A stretch of DNA of 64,000 nucleotides from the NCBI GenBank assembly GCA_000934665.2, contig KZ538171.1:1-64000 (forward strand), read 5' to 3'. The position numbers and the translations under genes were made by a program. The DNA comes from Catajapyx aquilonaris. Lineage: Eukaryota. This document shows positions 14,262 to 27,700 of the stretch, one piece after another (position 1 is the stretch's first letter; every line of letters starts with the position of its first letter). The notes beneath the pieces are model-generated. The model saw only the letters and a list, made by a program, of their open reading frames with translations, was not told the DNA's origin and did not search any database.

Positions 14262-16190
14262 TGTTGATCATCAGGATCTGCAACAAATCAGAAGTGGCCA
14301 ACTCCATCTTACATCTGAGAATTGGCAACGCTGTTTATATTACGAGTTACTGCCAACTTTTTCAGGTCAACATTCTGAAGGCGGTACAAAAAACGATCCT
14401 CTTTTTTATGTTCCACACCCATAGATTTATCACCAAAGTTTGAAGCTCGGTATAAATTTGCGTACAAACCACATTACGTAAGCCATGAATTAATAATTAT
14501 CTGTTGAAGAACAACAATTTGATCAGTTGCGGTCGGTCCCTTTGGGTCTGCCTCTTCTTCCTGTGTTTTGATAAGAGTTATCCCCACAGCCCAACCCAAC
14601 CAAGTGAAGGCAACCCATCAAGCCGGTAGATTCCAAACTTGGCTCATTCCCCAAAGCGACTCAAGCTTAGCAAAGTTGGTAGCACCAGCTGGTGACCCCT
14701 GCCAAGGGCTAAAAGTAGACCTGTGACACGGACACTCCTTGTGACGCACATATGCCTACCACCCACTGCCAGCATCTCTTTGCTCCAATCTAAATGTCAT
14801 CAAACATCAATATATAGCTCAGGTTAGAGATGGTTTTAAATTACATTGATTGGTGCAAACATTTCTTTTAATTTAGAATTTTTGAGCCAAATTTTTTGCG
14901 GTACAGTTTATAGAACTGAATCAGAGTCACGCTGGCAAGCTACTTCCATGAATATGTCGTCCAGATGTTACCTCACCGAAAACACTGTGCAGGCTCTGAT
15001 AGTATTGAGGCGCACAAAAGTACTGTATGTACAGTGAATTTAGTGCAACAAGAATAGAAATGTCTGAAGCCTGGACACATTTTGTGACTTTCTGAGGGTC
15101 AAGTCAGTTTATACCGTTCATCATTGGCTATAATTAAAATACGATTTTAAATACATTTTTTGTATTATCCGTTTCTGCAATATGTATTACATCGTCGTCG
15201 TATGTTGGCACTAATATTTTATTTCGAAGCTATACTGGCTACAAAATGAAAGCACTTGATATCATATTGCACATGCACATTCTGCACGCATTCATATGTG
15301 AATTGAAGTGCTTCACGTCACACACCACACTATTAACTGCAAACGAACAGTTTTGTCGACATTGGTTACTGGGATAGCCTTGCCCTTATGCTATGAATAG
15401 AACTACAAAACAATTTCCGCACTTCACGACATGTAACTTCCGTATAACAATGGACCTAGATCTCGAATTATGTCACTCTTGACATATGTGATCGATCAGC
15501 TTTACCACTTATTTCTCCAATATAGGAGCAATCGATTTTATCTGCAAAATTACTGGCCACTCTCCATTCGTAGTCCAATGTTGTCTGATAAAAGTCGACC
15601 GGTGGTCGAATGTCCTCGGACCTTGCAGAATATTAAAGGGCCGGCCTCGTCAATCAAGCAAAAGGCATAGAAAGGTCAAGGATGATGTAGGTGGGGGAAA
15701 AAAAGGTAGAGGATCCGGAAATGAGGTCCTCCGCCCCTAATTAGGAGAAAGGTCAGGGTCGAAATTTGTGTGTGTATATATAATGTGAAATGTTAAATTA
15801 AGCAGACAGGGAGACAGATTTTCAGCTTCCTGGAGACCCCCAGTTGGATGTTGGCCCAGGACAACACGTGACACGTAAGCTACACACAGTACAAGGCATA
15901 ACCTTAATCTATATTGGGCTGTGGCCCTGCCCCACAACCAGCCAACAGTATCTAAACCGCTCTAACATGTGTAATTTTAGGATCTCCTTGTCGCCAAGGG
16001 TGGGTGTGTCAATATAATGTCGTCCCACAACACTTCCAGTCCTGTCCACATCATTAAGATAAATCCGGTTCCAATTGAATTATTAGAATTTGTACGCACT
16101 TCCTCTGAGATTCCTTGCATATTTTTGATGCTATATTATTTTGGTGATTTGATATGCCATAATCATGCTGCCGTCCTACCCACAAAACTA

Positions 16191-16279
16191 TAAGGGTGAA
16201 AGTCGCATGCATGCCCTGCACTAATCCCATCTGACTCAGTGGGGATTAATGCATGGCATACACACGACCTTCACCCTTA
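16191..16279. repeat. ~90-bp imperfect inverted repeat (MITE-like hairpin)
   Basis: Left arm TAAGGGTGAAAGTCGCATGCATGCCCTGCACTAATCCCA pairs, with a few mismatches, with right arm TGGGGATTAATGCATGGCATACACACGACCTTCACCCTTA. Confidence 0.7.
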
Positions 16280-19200
16280 CTAATTTTGAAAATATGGCCA
16301 GATTGTACTATCCAGATAAACCATCCAAAAAACTGACATCCGGTAAATCTCGAGTCTTAAATGGTGCAACCGGGTTGAAATAACTTGTGTGGGTGGATAC
16401 TGCGGCAACCCTGCGTCAAGCATCAGTGGTAGGCTACAGGTATTGGCTGGTGTGCCATAGTCCCCTACAAACTACGGATCTCACCACCTATAAAATACAA
16501 AAATACAGAAAAGCCAGTCGAGTCCTTCAGGGCTCAAGTTGTATAAATCCGAGGCCATCCGGAAATTGGCTGACACTTGAGGAGGCAGCAGTAAAACCAT
16601 GCCCTCCTCCGTCTCTTGAGGCACCAGACTATTGCTCTGGGAATTTATTTGGCAAGGATGTACAAAAAAAAAGAAGAGGAGATCCTCCGGAGAATCTACC
16701 ACGTATATAATGCGGTATATACAGGAGGTCTCCGGAATTGCTTTCGGGGGCGCAAAAGGCGAGCGGAAAATCCGTCTCCTTTGGCGACAAGATTGAAACG
16801 ACGTGACCCAAATCTGACTCTATACTGAACTTACTTTACTTTGGCTTGCAATGTGGAGGAAAAGACCATCCTGTCCCAAATGGGATAGGGACCAAGAAAA
16901 ATATTGTGCGGTCAGTTTTAATTATGCGGTCGGTCGGACATGGTTGCCAGGAGGATTGACACTTTCATAAACATTAGTCAAAACTGGTTTGGTACAGAGT
17001 TTGCAACTTTATGACCAGCATGCATTTGCTAATTATTTTGAACATGTGTCCGGGTTTGTCAATTAGAATTCTCATTGCACTGGAATTAATTAGCATAATT
17101 TGGCTTGGCCAGCAGTGTGGTGGTACCAAATGCGATGATGTTTCAGTGAATGTGGAATACATACAAAAAAAAAAAAAAATCTTATACGACTCCTTCATAT
17201 CATACAGTTTACTTCCACTATTTACCTTCTCCATATTGAACTCCCAAACTGAATCCGTTGGAGAGAAATCGACCTGGAGGGTCACCATGAATTATGTATT
17301 TGCTATCCTCCCCTCTCAGCATCCCCACCCAACTGCAAAATCCTCTGCAAGAAAGTCTTATCCTTTCGAGACCACGAAGACTTTTTCTTTTCTCAAGACT
17401 TGAACTGTAAGACTAACGACGTTGGAACTAGTACCTCTCTTCGTGGGATTAAATTAATGAATTACGGAAATACATTCGAGAGTTATTTTGAGTTCCCCAA
17501 GGTAAGGTCTTGGTGCTGAATCAACACTGCTGACTGAGTGCGTTTTTTTTTAAAAAAAAAAAAAAAGCGTGAAAGGTGAATAATCTGAAAATATCGCCAG
17601 AAAATTTGGTCCAAACTGTTGCAGGCAATGTGAAAACTTTACGCATACATTTGCATTAATGTTACGGGAGATAAATTTCTATGGTATTTTTAGAGTGACA
17701 ATTCCGGTGCTTAATACCGGATGTTACTAAAGAAAAACTTTACGACCCCATTTTTTTAAAAAAGGTGGCCCTCATCCGTAAACAAATCTGCGGTCTTCCA
17801 TTGTTTACATCGTGATCCCTCATTGTCATGTTGATATAGTCAGTTCTTAATGGATCTGAAATTGCCAATTTTCCTCCCTCATACCCACTCACTTCAGATG
17901 TAATTGTGTCATATTCCGTTATCTTTGAAGCCAAGTGGTTGCGCCTTGATTGGTTGCCTCACCTCTATTTCTAGGTCCTCATACAACGCCACGCCAACTG
18001 AATGACAAATACCATCTATAACCGCCCCCGAAAGTTCACGACCTCTTTGTGCCCTCCTCTACTTTTTCAGCAAGATTGTGAACGGATCGAACTTCACCCG
18101 CCATGTTCTTAACGCCCTCCCAACTTTTTTTTCTCCAATATATTGGTTTCTATCACGACATGGAATAAATTCGTGGGTCAAGTCGTCCTTGCAAAAAAAA
18201 AAAAAAAAAAAAANAAAAAAAAAAAGCCAGTGGCTAGATTTTACAAATGTTCAAAAAAATGTCGATCGACACTGACATTTTCAGTGCACAATCTCTCAAG
18301 AGACTGAAAATGCCCCCCGAAGGATTTTAGGCTTCGAATAGCATGTCAGGACAAGCCGATTGGACTCAAATACTATTTTTTCATGGAAGATAAATAGGAC
18401 CATTGAGGAATCGAATTGTGTGACATTTAACAAGGACTAATCGTTTGCAATGAACTGTGCGCATATAGCCACCTTATACAAAAGGGTAAGCCCACATTAT
18501 CTTTATTATCTGCCATAATAGTTGTAGGCTGAAAACAAACAGATAGGAGCCATAAAGAGCATCCCTTCCGTTGTCTCCCTGATTATCTGTTGGAGTGTAA
18601 CATGCTGCTAAAGAAGAACAGGGTGCATTACCAGTTCTTTTCTGTTTCAAGCCCACGGCAAAACTGCTTGTTAGAATCGATCCCCCAGCGGTTCTACAGA
18701 AAACCTTCCAATTTCGTTCTTCCAGGAGTTGATGGGAACAGCTTTTGATGAAGCAGGCATCTTCTAAGCTTCTTGGATGGCTTTTTTCGCTCTTTAAAAA
18801 TATATACGAGCCTGCAATTCGACACTTGAAATGGCTCTGACGTCATTGGCGACAAAGGTCCTATCACCAACATTTTTCTTATCCGCAATTATACGTCATT
18901 GGTGTCCTGAGTTATGGGCAGCGACGTCACTATTTCGTTTCACACCTACACAGTCCAGCTTCTCCGCAACGTCATTGATATCGATCTCAGGTTTTGCTTC
19001 TATTTTCTTTCTTAGTTACTCTTCCGGAAACTATTTTCCGCCCAATTATACTGTAGCGCCCCATACAAATTATGCAAATCATATAAACAAACCAACATGA
19101 TTGCTGTAAAAATTACAATATTCACATGCAAATATGGATTGCCCCTGGCGGGTATGCAACCGTGACGTGGTATGCCTATCCCGCAGGATAACATGTGCTG

Positions 19201-20805
19201 CCATGAGATAAGCTGGAATGAGCTGAGGGACCCTAATTAATCTGGGACACAACACTGGCTTTTATGTGTCAAACTGCCTTTTGAGTATCGCCCCGGGAGA
19301 TGCACTGTACGGAGCCTGCCGCACAGTGGGCTGCCTCTATTGTTGGAAGCCTTCTTTTATCTCGGGCTCTGGACCTCATTCAAACTTGGTTGCACAATTA
19401 TTTACGCTGATGGTCTACAATCGGTTTCGGGCCTGGCTGTAATTAATATGGAGCTAGAAATATTGACAAAAATTGGCGATGTCATCCGCGCCAAAATATT
19501 TTCTGTCTGCACATTTCACAAGCAGATCATGCCTTTTGAAGCAGCGTCACCAGAATTCTTATGACTGAGCAGCTTCATATATGGCGCTATCTTTTTCATT
19601 TGATATTTATATGACAATGGTAATTTCACTGTGCACACACCGTAACCTTGTAATGAACCGGAACACTAATAATCAATATTGGATGCCTGCATAATATCAG
19701 CACTACCACTCACACACATGCGACACACATGTCAAACACACACCTTGTCTTGCAAAATCCGGAGGGAAGAGCGCGAAAGCCCGGAGTAACAATCCGGCGC
19801 TAAGTCTGCGCCCGACTGACTAAATCCATCCATGCCTTCCTGCTAACCCAACCTCGGCAACACTGCAAAAACGTGCTTGCCACATCTACTCTCAAAATAC
19901 CCTCAGCGAAAACCTCATAACGTGGCCAACTACTCGGAAAATTCGGAGGGAACGATAAGGGAAGGCAATGTCTTTCAACCGGTTTTAATAGGGGGGATGA
20001 CCCTAGGGGTAATCTAATGTGTATCCGGAATATTATTCGGAGTCAAAGTGCCAATCGATTTGGACATTACGGCACGACACTGCCAAAGACGGAGGGCTTG
20101 GGGAAATAACTAAGCTAACTAGGGCGGACCTTATGGATATAAGACTGGGTTTAGGTGAAGAATTCTGTTGTGTTCACTTGGGGATTTTTAATTTAAATTT
20201 GTCTGTTTAATAGAGGCTGGAAGATGAATCAGTTGTGCACCGGCAATATTCTCGATCAGTTCGTGACATTTATTTTAAAATATTCAAATAACCATCAAGT
20301 AAACGGCAAACGCCAACAATACGTGTAACCCGCATATACACAACCAATTCAGTAACTATTAGATTAAATAAATCACATTATTTCATAAAACGACTTCAGG
20401 GGAAATGGATATCATGGGGTATGCTCCAAAACAATTGACCTTTGCACAAATAGATGCAGAATAAAAACAATATCATAACGTGGAGCGATATTTTATTACT
20501 TAACGTTCAAATACCTTTTGCTCCAACACGATTGTTAGCATAAACAATTGCCTTACAAAGCTCATAAAGAGCGTTAATTATAAATACATTGTTGTCACAC
20601 GTTATACACATGCAATAATACTAAAACCAACACCGCACTAAAGCCGCATTGAACATGGCAATCCGCAAAAATGCAAATATCAGGGCAAAATTAGTATGCG
20701 CCGTAGCACCCTTTGGCCTTTTGCCCTTTAACAGCATACAATCTATGATTACTGAACTGGGTGGTTCCCAGTCGAAACTGCCTCCAGAATAAACGGGTTG
20801 ACAGA

Positions 20806-22659
20806 TTACCGAATGCACATGCCCAAATGAGACTTGACAGGTGTGGGATTTGGCCGACTAGATGGAAGGAACTGCCATAAGTAAAATGTTTCGTCAGATG
20901 TGGCAGCTCCTGAAACGACAATGGAAAAGGACGGATCACGTCAAAGAAAATATGCATTGATATTGTCAACTGACGCTTACCTAATTGCGTGTGGTCAGGG
21001 CCCCATAGAAGGTCCAAGACATGTTTTCGTTGGTGGTCAAGGGTGCCTACAATTTCGGCGCCATCGTCCAGTGCAACGTCAGTATCGACGTCGTTGCCAG
21101 ACTCGCTGACACTCATGCGTGTCTGGTGTGGTTCCAGAGAGCGCCAGACAATCACTTCGGAGTCCTCGCCCTTCGAATGGGAGGTCACTAATTCGCCGGT
21201 ACGCTGACAAAACACAGCAGCCGTGACCTGGAACCAATTGAAGGTCATCTACCATCTACGGAGCAGTCATGAAACACATACTTTCATTCCAGTGTCTTGG
21301 ACTGCTTTCAACTCCTTCTTGGTGACATTCCACAGTGCCAATGTACCGTCTCCATTAGGATCTCCGTTGCCCAACACCAGACAGCCGGACTTCCACGGGT
21401 GCCAGTCGATGGCTCGAATCGGTCCACGCCACTTGTTGTCCATGACGAACACCTGTCCTCGGGGACTGAACCCGCCCCATTGCCACTGGAAAGCCAAAGC
21501 TGTGCCTTCGGTACCAGAGGATGCTACCCTGTCACCCGAAGGGGAAAAGACAATGCGTGTCACTGATCCGGAGTGAGCTTCCATGGGTTGCAGTGAGGAG
21601 GAACGTGTCGTGCCTGTCTTTCTCTGCTCCTGGCGAATGTCGTGCGGTACCAGAAGACCTTCTTCGCATCCGCTAAAATTATACAGGTCAGAAGTCATCG
21701 AATGTCAACTTGGGTCACTTTACCTTATAAGAATGCAGTCATCCGGACTCCAAGCCAGAGCAGAGCAGCAGCAGGCCACCAGACAATGGCAGGATGGTAC
21801 CTGACATAATTTCTTTTGAGCCTCAGCATCCCATATCTGAAACAGTGGTCAATATCTGCATCTGGGAGATATCTTGGCATATGTAGAGCCTCACCTGAAT
21901 AAAACCATTGGACGTCCCTAGAGCGACATGCGTCCCAGCAGAGTCCCATCCTACCGAAGAGTACAGATGTGGATCCTCCAGTTTACAAAACCGCATGGAC
22001 CTCTTTGACCCCAGGTCAAAAAGTGCCACCGTCGATCCAAATGCTCCACAAACCACATTCTTGCTGCTCCAAGCCATCGTATTGACAGCTTTAAAAAAAG
22101 ACCGTCGTTGTAATCCCAATAAAAACCCAATCAAACCACTCTTACAATCATGTTTGCGGACATCTGGTAACTTGATCAGTATCTCCGGAGAGCGAGGAAG
22201 CCGACCTCGACTTTTCTGATGAGTTTGCGAAGAAAGTTCGTGCTCTTTCTCGCAGCTTCCTTGACCCTGCGAGGTTATCCCAGTGGACAATCTTTTTGCT
22301 GGCTGATCCCAAGAATACTGCAGATTCCTCTTCTTGCCAGCAAAAGGAGGTGTACTTAGACTTCTATTCTCCTGGACACCATTTAGGTCTTCACGCAAGC
22401 GACGTCGACCTTGGTAAACACTATCCTAGATAATGATCAAGTAACTGCTATTATAGCACATTTTTATGAACTGAACCCTACTTGACTTGTAATATTGTTT
22501 ATAATGTCAACGTACCTTTTGAAATGACCGTGGACCATCGGCTGGTAGGTTCAACTTCTGATGAGCGAAGTTGACATTTAGTTGAGACCTCAAAGGGGCG
22601 AATCGGTCCATGTGGTTCCGACTCTGGGTTGCACTGGTCTTCTGGGGAACCAGAAACAT
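20806..22659 (-). CDS. Divergent CDC20/Fizzy-family APC/C co-activator (cortex-like candidate), ~490 aa
   Basis: Exons 22659-22516, 22425-22146, 22088-21895, 21836-21724, 21672-21282, 21227-20981, 20909-20806 (1473 nt). N-terminal C-box-like DRFAPLR, RLPRSPEILIKLPD pre-WD segment, WD40 repeats (SSVGWDSAGTHVALGT, IRAIDWHPWKSGCLVLGNG, SDETFYLW) and C-terminal IR tail (...GMCIR*). The start could be the second ATG at 22611. Confidence 0.88.
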
Positions 22660-24753
22660 TTGATATACTTTCTGGTGTTAAAATAATACCGGTTTACATA
22701 ATCGGTACTGGTAGGTACAATTACCTGCATGTTGCCCTCCCGAGGGCCCCAACCACACTGGTCTGTATATTCAACATGCACTGTCGTAAATGGCGTGAGT
22801 ATGACGTCATTATCAGGTTTCCCATCAGGTAAATCGCATTGGGAGTTGGCAAAATAAAATAGGGTGCTATTGCCCAATTCTATGATGTTCATGACTTGCG
22901 AATAAAATAAAACTCTGACGTTATTATATTTATACCGCCTTGCATTTTTTTGACTTGGAGGTAGGTGAACAGCGTAACACGATTGAAATTTTTTCATTAC
23001 GAATATTAGAGCACATGTACTTACAAAGGAAAGGAAATACATAATTAGTTCGTAGCAGCTGTTCGGCAGCAATAACATGTTGTAAACAATAGTAAACTGT
23101 ACTACTTGCATTATCTAATCGCTTGCAAAGCCAAGTCTCGAGCCCTATATTTCAGTTGAACTGGTGCAGTACAGTAGGCTACTGTACATTGCCTTTAGGG
23201 ATGCTTATGAAAGAGTAACTCAAGCCCATTTGGTAATTTTATTTTGATGCTCCAAGTAGCGGACTTGGTATAGACCAACAGACTCGCAATCGTAAGGTTA
23301 TGAGCGTATAAAACGGAAATGGGCCATAGAATCGCCGTGTGTACCACGTCTGAGAATATTGCATAACGCGTATAGCCATTAATTTTGAATACAGGCTAGG
23401 CCAGACCAGAATTGCGTGACTGCCCTTGTTTCCCCTCCATACACTGTATCTGGCTGTAAAAGATATTAAAACGTCCCTTGTAATGTGATTACAAATTAAT
23501 GAATTTTTGCATGCTCAAGTTCCGTTTTTGATATACACAATTTATTCTTGCTATAGTGTGACATTGGTTTGGTCCGGGAAAGGTAAAATGTAGCGGTGAT
23601 GTTGGTTGCATGCATTAAGGATGGCATTCAAAGTCTATTGTTAATGACTTTGGTTAATGCATGCAACAGACACAGAAGCTATTTGAAATGCACCCAAATG
23701 CTGCAGTTATTGCAACTGTACATGGCATTTGCCCCCAGCATATAAAAATGCAACCATAGACCACCCTTCCGTATCTTTCAGTAGCAAGGTCAGATTGAAA
23801 AACTTACCAAATTGGAACTTTCATTTCGCGGATTTCCCAAACTAACAAAATCTGCAGAAATATATTTGCATGGCTAATTTGTGCTCACTTACGACTTTTC
23901 TGAACAATTGATATCTAATAAGGGAGCATCGGTATGTATACAGGAATGCTCTTTGGAAGTGAATTTTTCCATAAATATTTTTGCAAGGCTTATACTATAG
24001 GCCACAGTCTGCCTCTCTCTGAAAAGGTGTGATTAACGTATGTGCGCATTAAAAAATCATTCAGAACAGTTGCATTTTTCCAGTTGCGTATCTTAGAGCT
24101 ATACCGTATAATTTATTTCTCAACTTAAATTGAAACAGGGCATTGGTTTATCAATCTCCGATCACTAATCCAATTCCTTCATTTCCAATGCCGCCACCAC
24201 CAAGGCATGAAAATTTTACTTCGCCTTTATTAGAACTTACTCTTATAATAATGAAATAAATTCTACACACGCACGTCGTCATTTGGAGGCCAGGTGTAAT
24301 AATTATGAAATATTTCATAACGTAGTACCCACCATGATAACATGAGTGAGTCATCAGTTGCATCACTAAATAGGGTCCACAGTATTCTAGACATGTAAAT
24401 CACTTCTGTACGTTAAACACGTATTGGAATCAAAATAACATGCCGGATGTGTCCATAAATTCGCCTTCAGTTCATCCCTGAGACATGACAATGCCCTAAG
24501 TAGTTTTACAGATATAAAAGCAGCGGATTTTCCAGTGACAACTGCAGTGATAGCACATTATTTCTCACCCACAGTAAAAAGGACAATTAGTGACATCAGA
24601 AATTACTTATGAAAGTGTAAAATCCCTCTCGCCTTTTTTTGTTGTAGCACAGAATTCAAACCCTCCATAATTACTGTCTACCCACATGCATACAACAAAC
24701 ATTATCACATGCTTTCAAGTAAAAATTTCTAAATGCCCGTAAAACAATCAGCA

Positions 24754-27700
24754 TTACATATCATCAAGTATCATGGCCACTTCGTCACCAGTTAATGGCA
24801 GTTTTCTTTTATTCATTGGAATGTCAGCATGACAGCCAACTGGTTCAGATGACAGCTCAGATACATCCATGAATGACTCTTGAATGGGATCCACACTCAT
24901 GCTGCCTCCATGACGACCTCTAATCAGAGTTTCTCGCAACTGCAGCCTGAAAGTTAAGCTTGGTAAGAGTAAAATGTCAGCCTTACCAGTTTCACATCAT
25001 TTGTGCTACAATTTTACGAGTGCACTTCATATCCGTTAAAATACACAGGTTGTTCTAACTGAAATGTATATTTTAGTTAGCAGTTTTCGCTCATTTCTTT
25101 CTAAGGTTTCTATGCTACTTCAATATTTGAAAGTCACTTTCAATAGTCAGCTAAATATTAGCTATTAATGTAAGTCTATCCAAACTCTGGATTTCCGATT
25201 GGGAAAGGCATATGTGGAACAATTAGCAGAGATAATGACAGAGACCATTTCTTGCGGGCAGAAGTGGGTCCAGGACACCTAATATTATGCACTAAAAGTA
25301 ACTACTTAAAAATAGGCAGCTCAGTGTCAAAAAACTGATAACCAAACAAACATTTCAGTTGGAATACCTTAACACCGTTACATAGGGCCACTATTTGTGC
25401 GATTTGCAAACTTCCTTACTCATAATGCTCAAACTCCATAGGAAAGTAAGCCCACTAGCACATGTCCTCAGAGTAGAAAAGTGCAATTTTCAATGCACCA
25501 GGTCAGCTGCAGCACAATACTACTTCATCAGAATCAAGTAACATATTTTACAGTACCTGCTACATTCTAATTCCCATTATGCTAATGTGTGCACTGACGA
25601 AACAGAGCTGCCTGCTGGACATACTAGTGAGAAACACCCTGTAAACACTCAATGACATGTAATACATGGTAACCCAAGACAACCTTCCTACATCCCAAAC
25701 AACGACAATCTAAGTGTAACACCAAGCTACCACCAGAAGCAGATACATAACCCCACTGGCGTGGCCCTCAACATAAAGACATATCTTGAATATCTTCAAT
25801 GAGTGACAAAACAATCATGTGCAAAACTATTTTATTACCAATGTCTTGACAAATATGATATCAATATGTGCCTATCATTCATACACATACATTACAGTTT
25901 TAAAAGTTCTGACCTGTGACTGGAAGCAATGAGAGTTTCTGGCCGATTCCAAAATTTCTAATCACCTTCTGGAGTGTGTTGCTTTCATAATCACACCAAA
26001 ATCTCATTGATTGCCTCCACTCACATACTTGTAAGTGGCTAATGCTACAACATAAAATGCGTGGCCAATCCCACTGATTAGTAGTATGCTGCATAGTTAC
26101 ACGCTTGTAACTATCATGGAGATAACCAATGTCAATGTTTTTTCCTGGTAATTTACCCTGGGAAATCTTGCTCCGATCCCTCTTCTTCTTCTACAGCTTC
26201 TTCTTCCTCCACCACAGCTGCATTTAAAAATGAGTCAGGTATTTAAAATGAGCAATGTCACCATTAATATAAAGTCAAATTCAAACATTGCAGACAGCTG
26301 AGGCCCATTAATTTTCTCAGATTCCTTGCCATAAAATTAACAAAAGTCATCCATTGCCTTACCTTCTTTCTTCCTCCTTCCATATGCCCTCTTGGAAGTC
26401 TGTGGAGGTTGATCTGTTTCACCATGCACCAAGCTGTTTCTGTACATGAGGAGTGGCTGCCAATCCTCTCCCCTGCTTGAAGGCATTCCTGCAGTTATCC
26501 TCCGGTCCAGATATGCCAGCACCACTCGTTTATCCTGCTTCAACAACTTGTTGGTGAACTCAGTTAATATTTCCAAAAATGGGAGGTTTGGGGGTGGCCC
26601 AGTGGGATCATGTGGATTCTCCAAGGGATTCACTGAGTACAAGATCCCCTCCCGGTGCAGAGCAGTGATGGCATCACGGTTCTTGACAGCATCCAAGCCA
26701 AAGGACAGTGCAAACCTCTTGGCCAATTCCTTCAAACTCACAAAGGCCTCACTCTGACGGTTGATACGGATGCCCTCACGATGAAGTTCACGAAACAACC
26801 ATGTGAGGCTCAAGGCCATGGTACGAGCACAGTTAACTTTGTTTATCTCACGTGCTTTGCCCAGGGTTGCCTTGATTATGTCGCCATAATCATTGTAGTA
26901 CTGCAACAAGAAAGGAAAAGTAGCACTCATGGAATGAGACGAAAAAATGCTAAGGATAAAATTTCCTGACATGCATTTGATGGCTTAGCAACTGACTGCT
27001 CATCTCACAAACTCACTTTAACGTAATGCTTGAAAACATCTGCAGCCACTTTGGTTGGCATAATGTTGTACACAATGAGCTTGCAGAATGATGCAAGGAA
27101 GTTTCTTCTCTTGTGTAGTTCTTCAATCTTGGTGTGCTCATCTTGCTCATCTAAATGTAGAACAAAAAATTAAGTCACTGAAACAACAACAGATAGGGGT
27201 ACCTACCATCTTCCTCTTCTATAAACACATAGGTCTGAATAAAGTCATTGAGCATATGCTGCAATGCCCGATCTGGATCATAAATCAAGGTGCGCAATAC
27301 ACTATTGCTCTCCAGTTGGTTGCAAAATATAATTAAGAGGTCGCATATTGTGATGTACGCCTGCAATAAAAATTGTTGCAGTCCTGTCAAGAATATATCC
27401 CTCTCTGCTTTAAGGCAATTTTCAGATGCATTGCTCACCTCTTCTTTAAACATCTGGTTAGCTGACATCAGAAGCAATTCTTTCATGCAGTCCATGAAAA
27501 CCTGAATCCTTCCCCTCAAAACTTCCAACTCTTGGGAGGCGCTTCCACTGTCACTAGTGTCTTCCATGTGCTTCTGATCCCAGAGAATCCCAAAGAAGCA
27601 GGAGGACATGCAGAACTTGACAGCTTCATCCGGCAGAGCCTTGCTCCCATCCTTGGCCTCCTTGATGCATTTAAACAGGGAGTCCCAAACGCCCCACAAG

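Noticed and set aside
22590..23111. 173-aa minus-strand ORF upstream of the CDC20-like gene
   Set aside because: AT-rich, no recognisable motif, and out of frame with the C-box exon.
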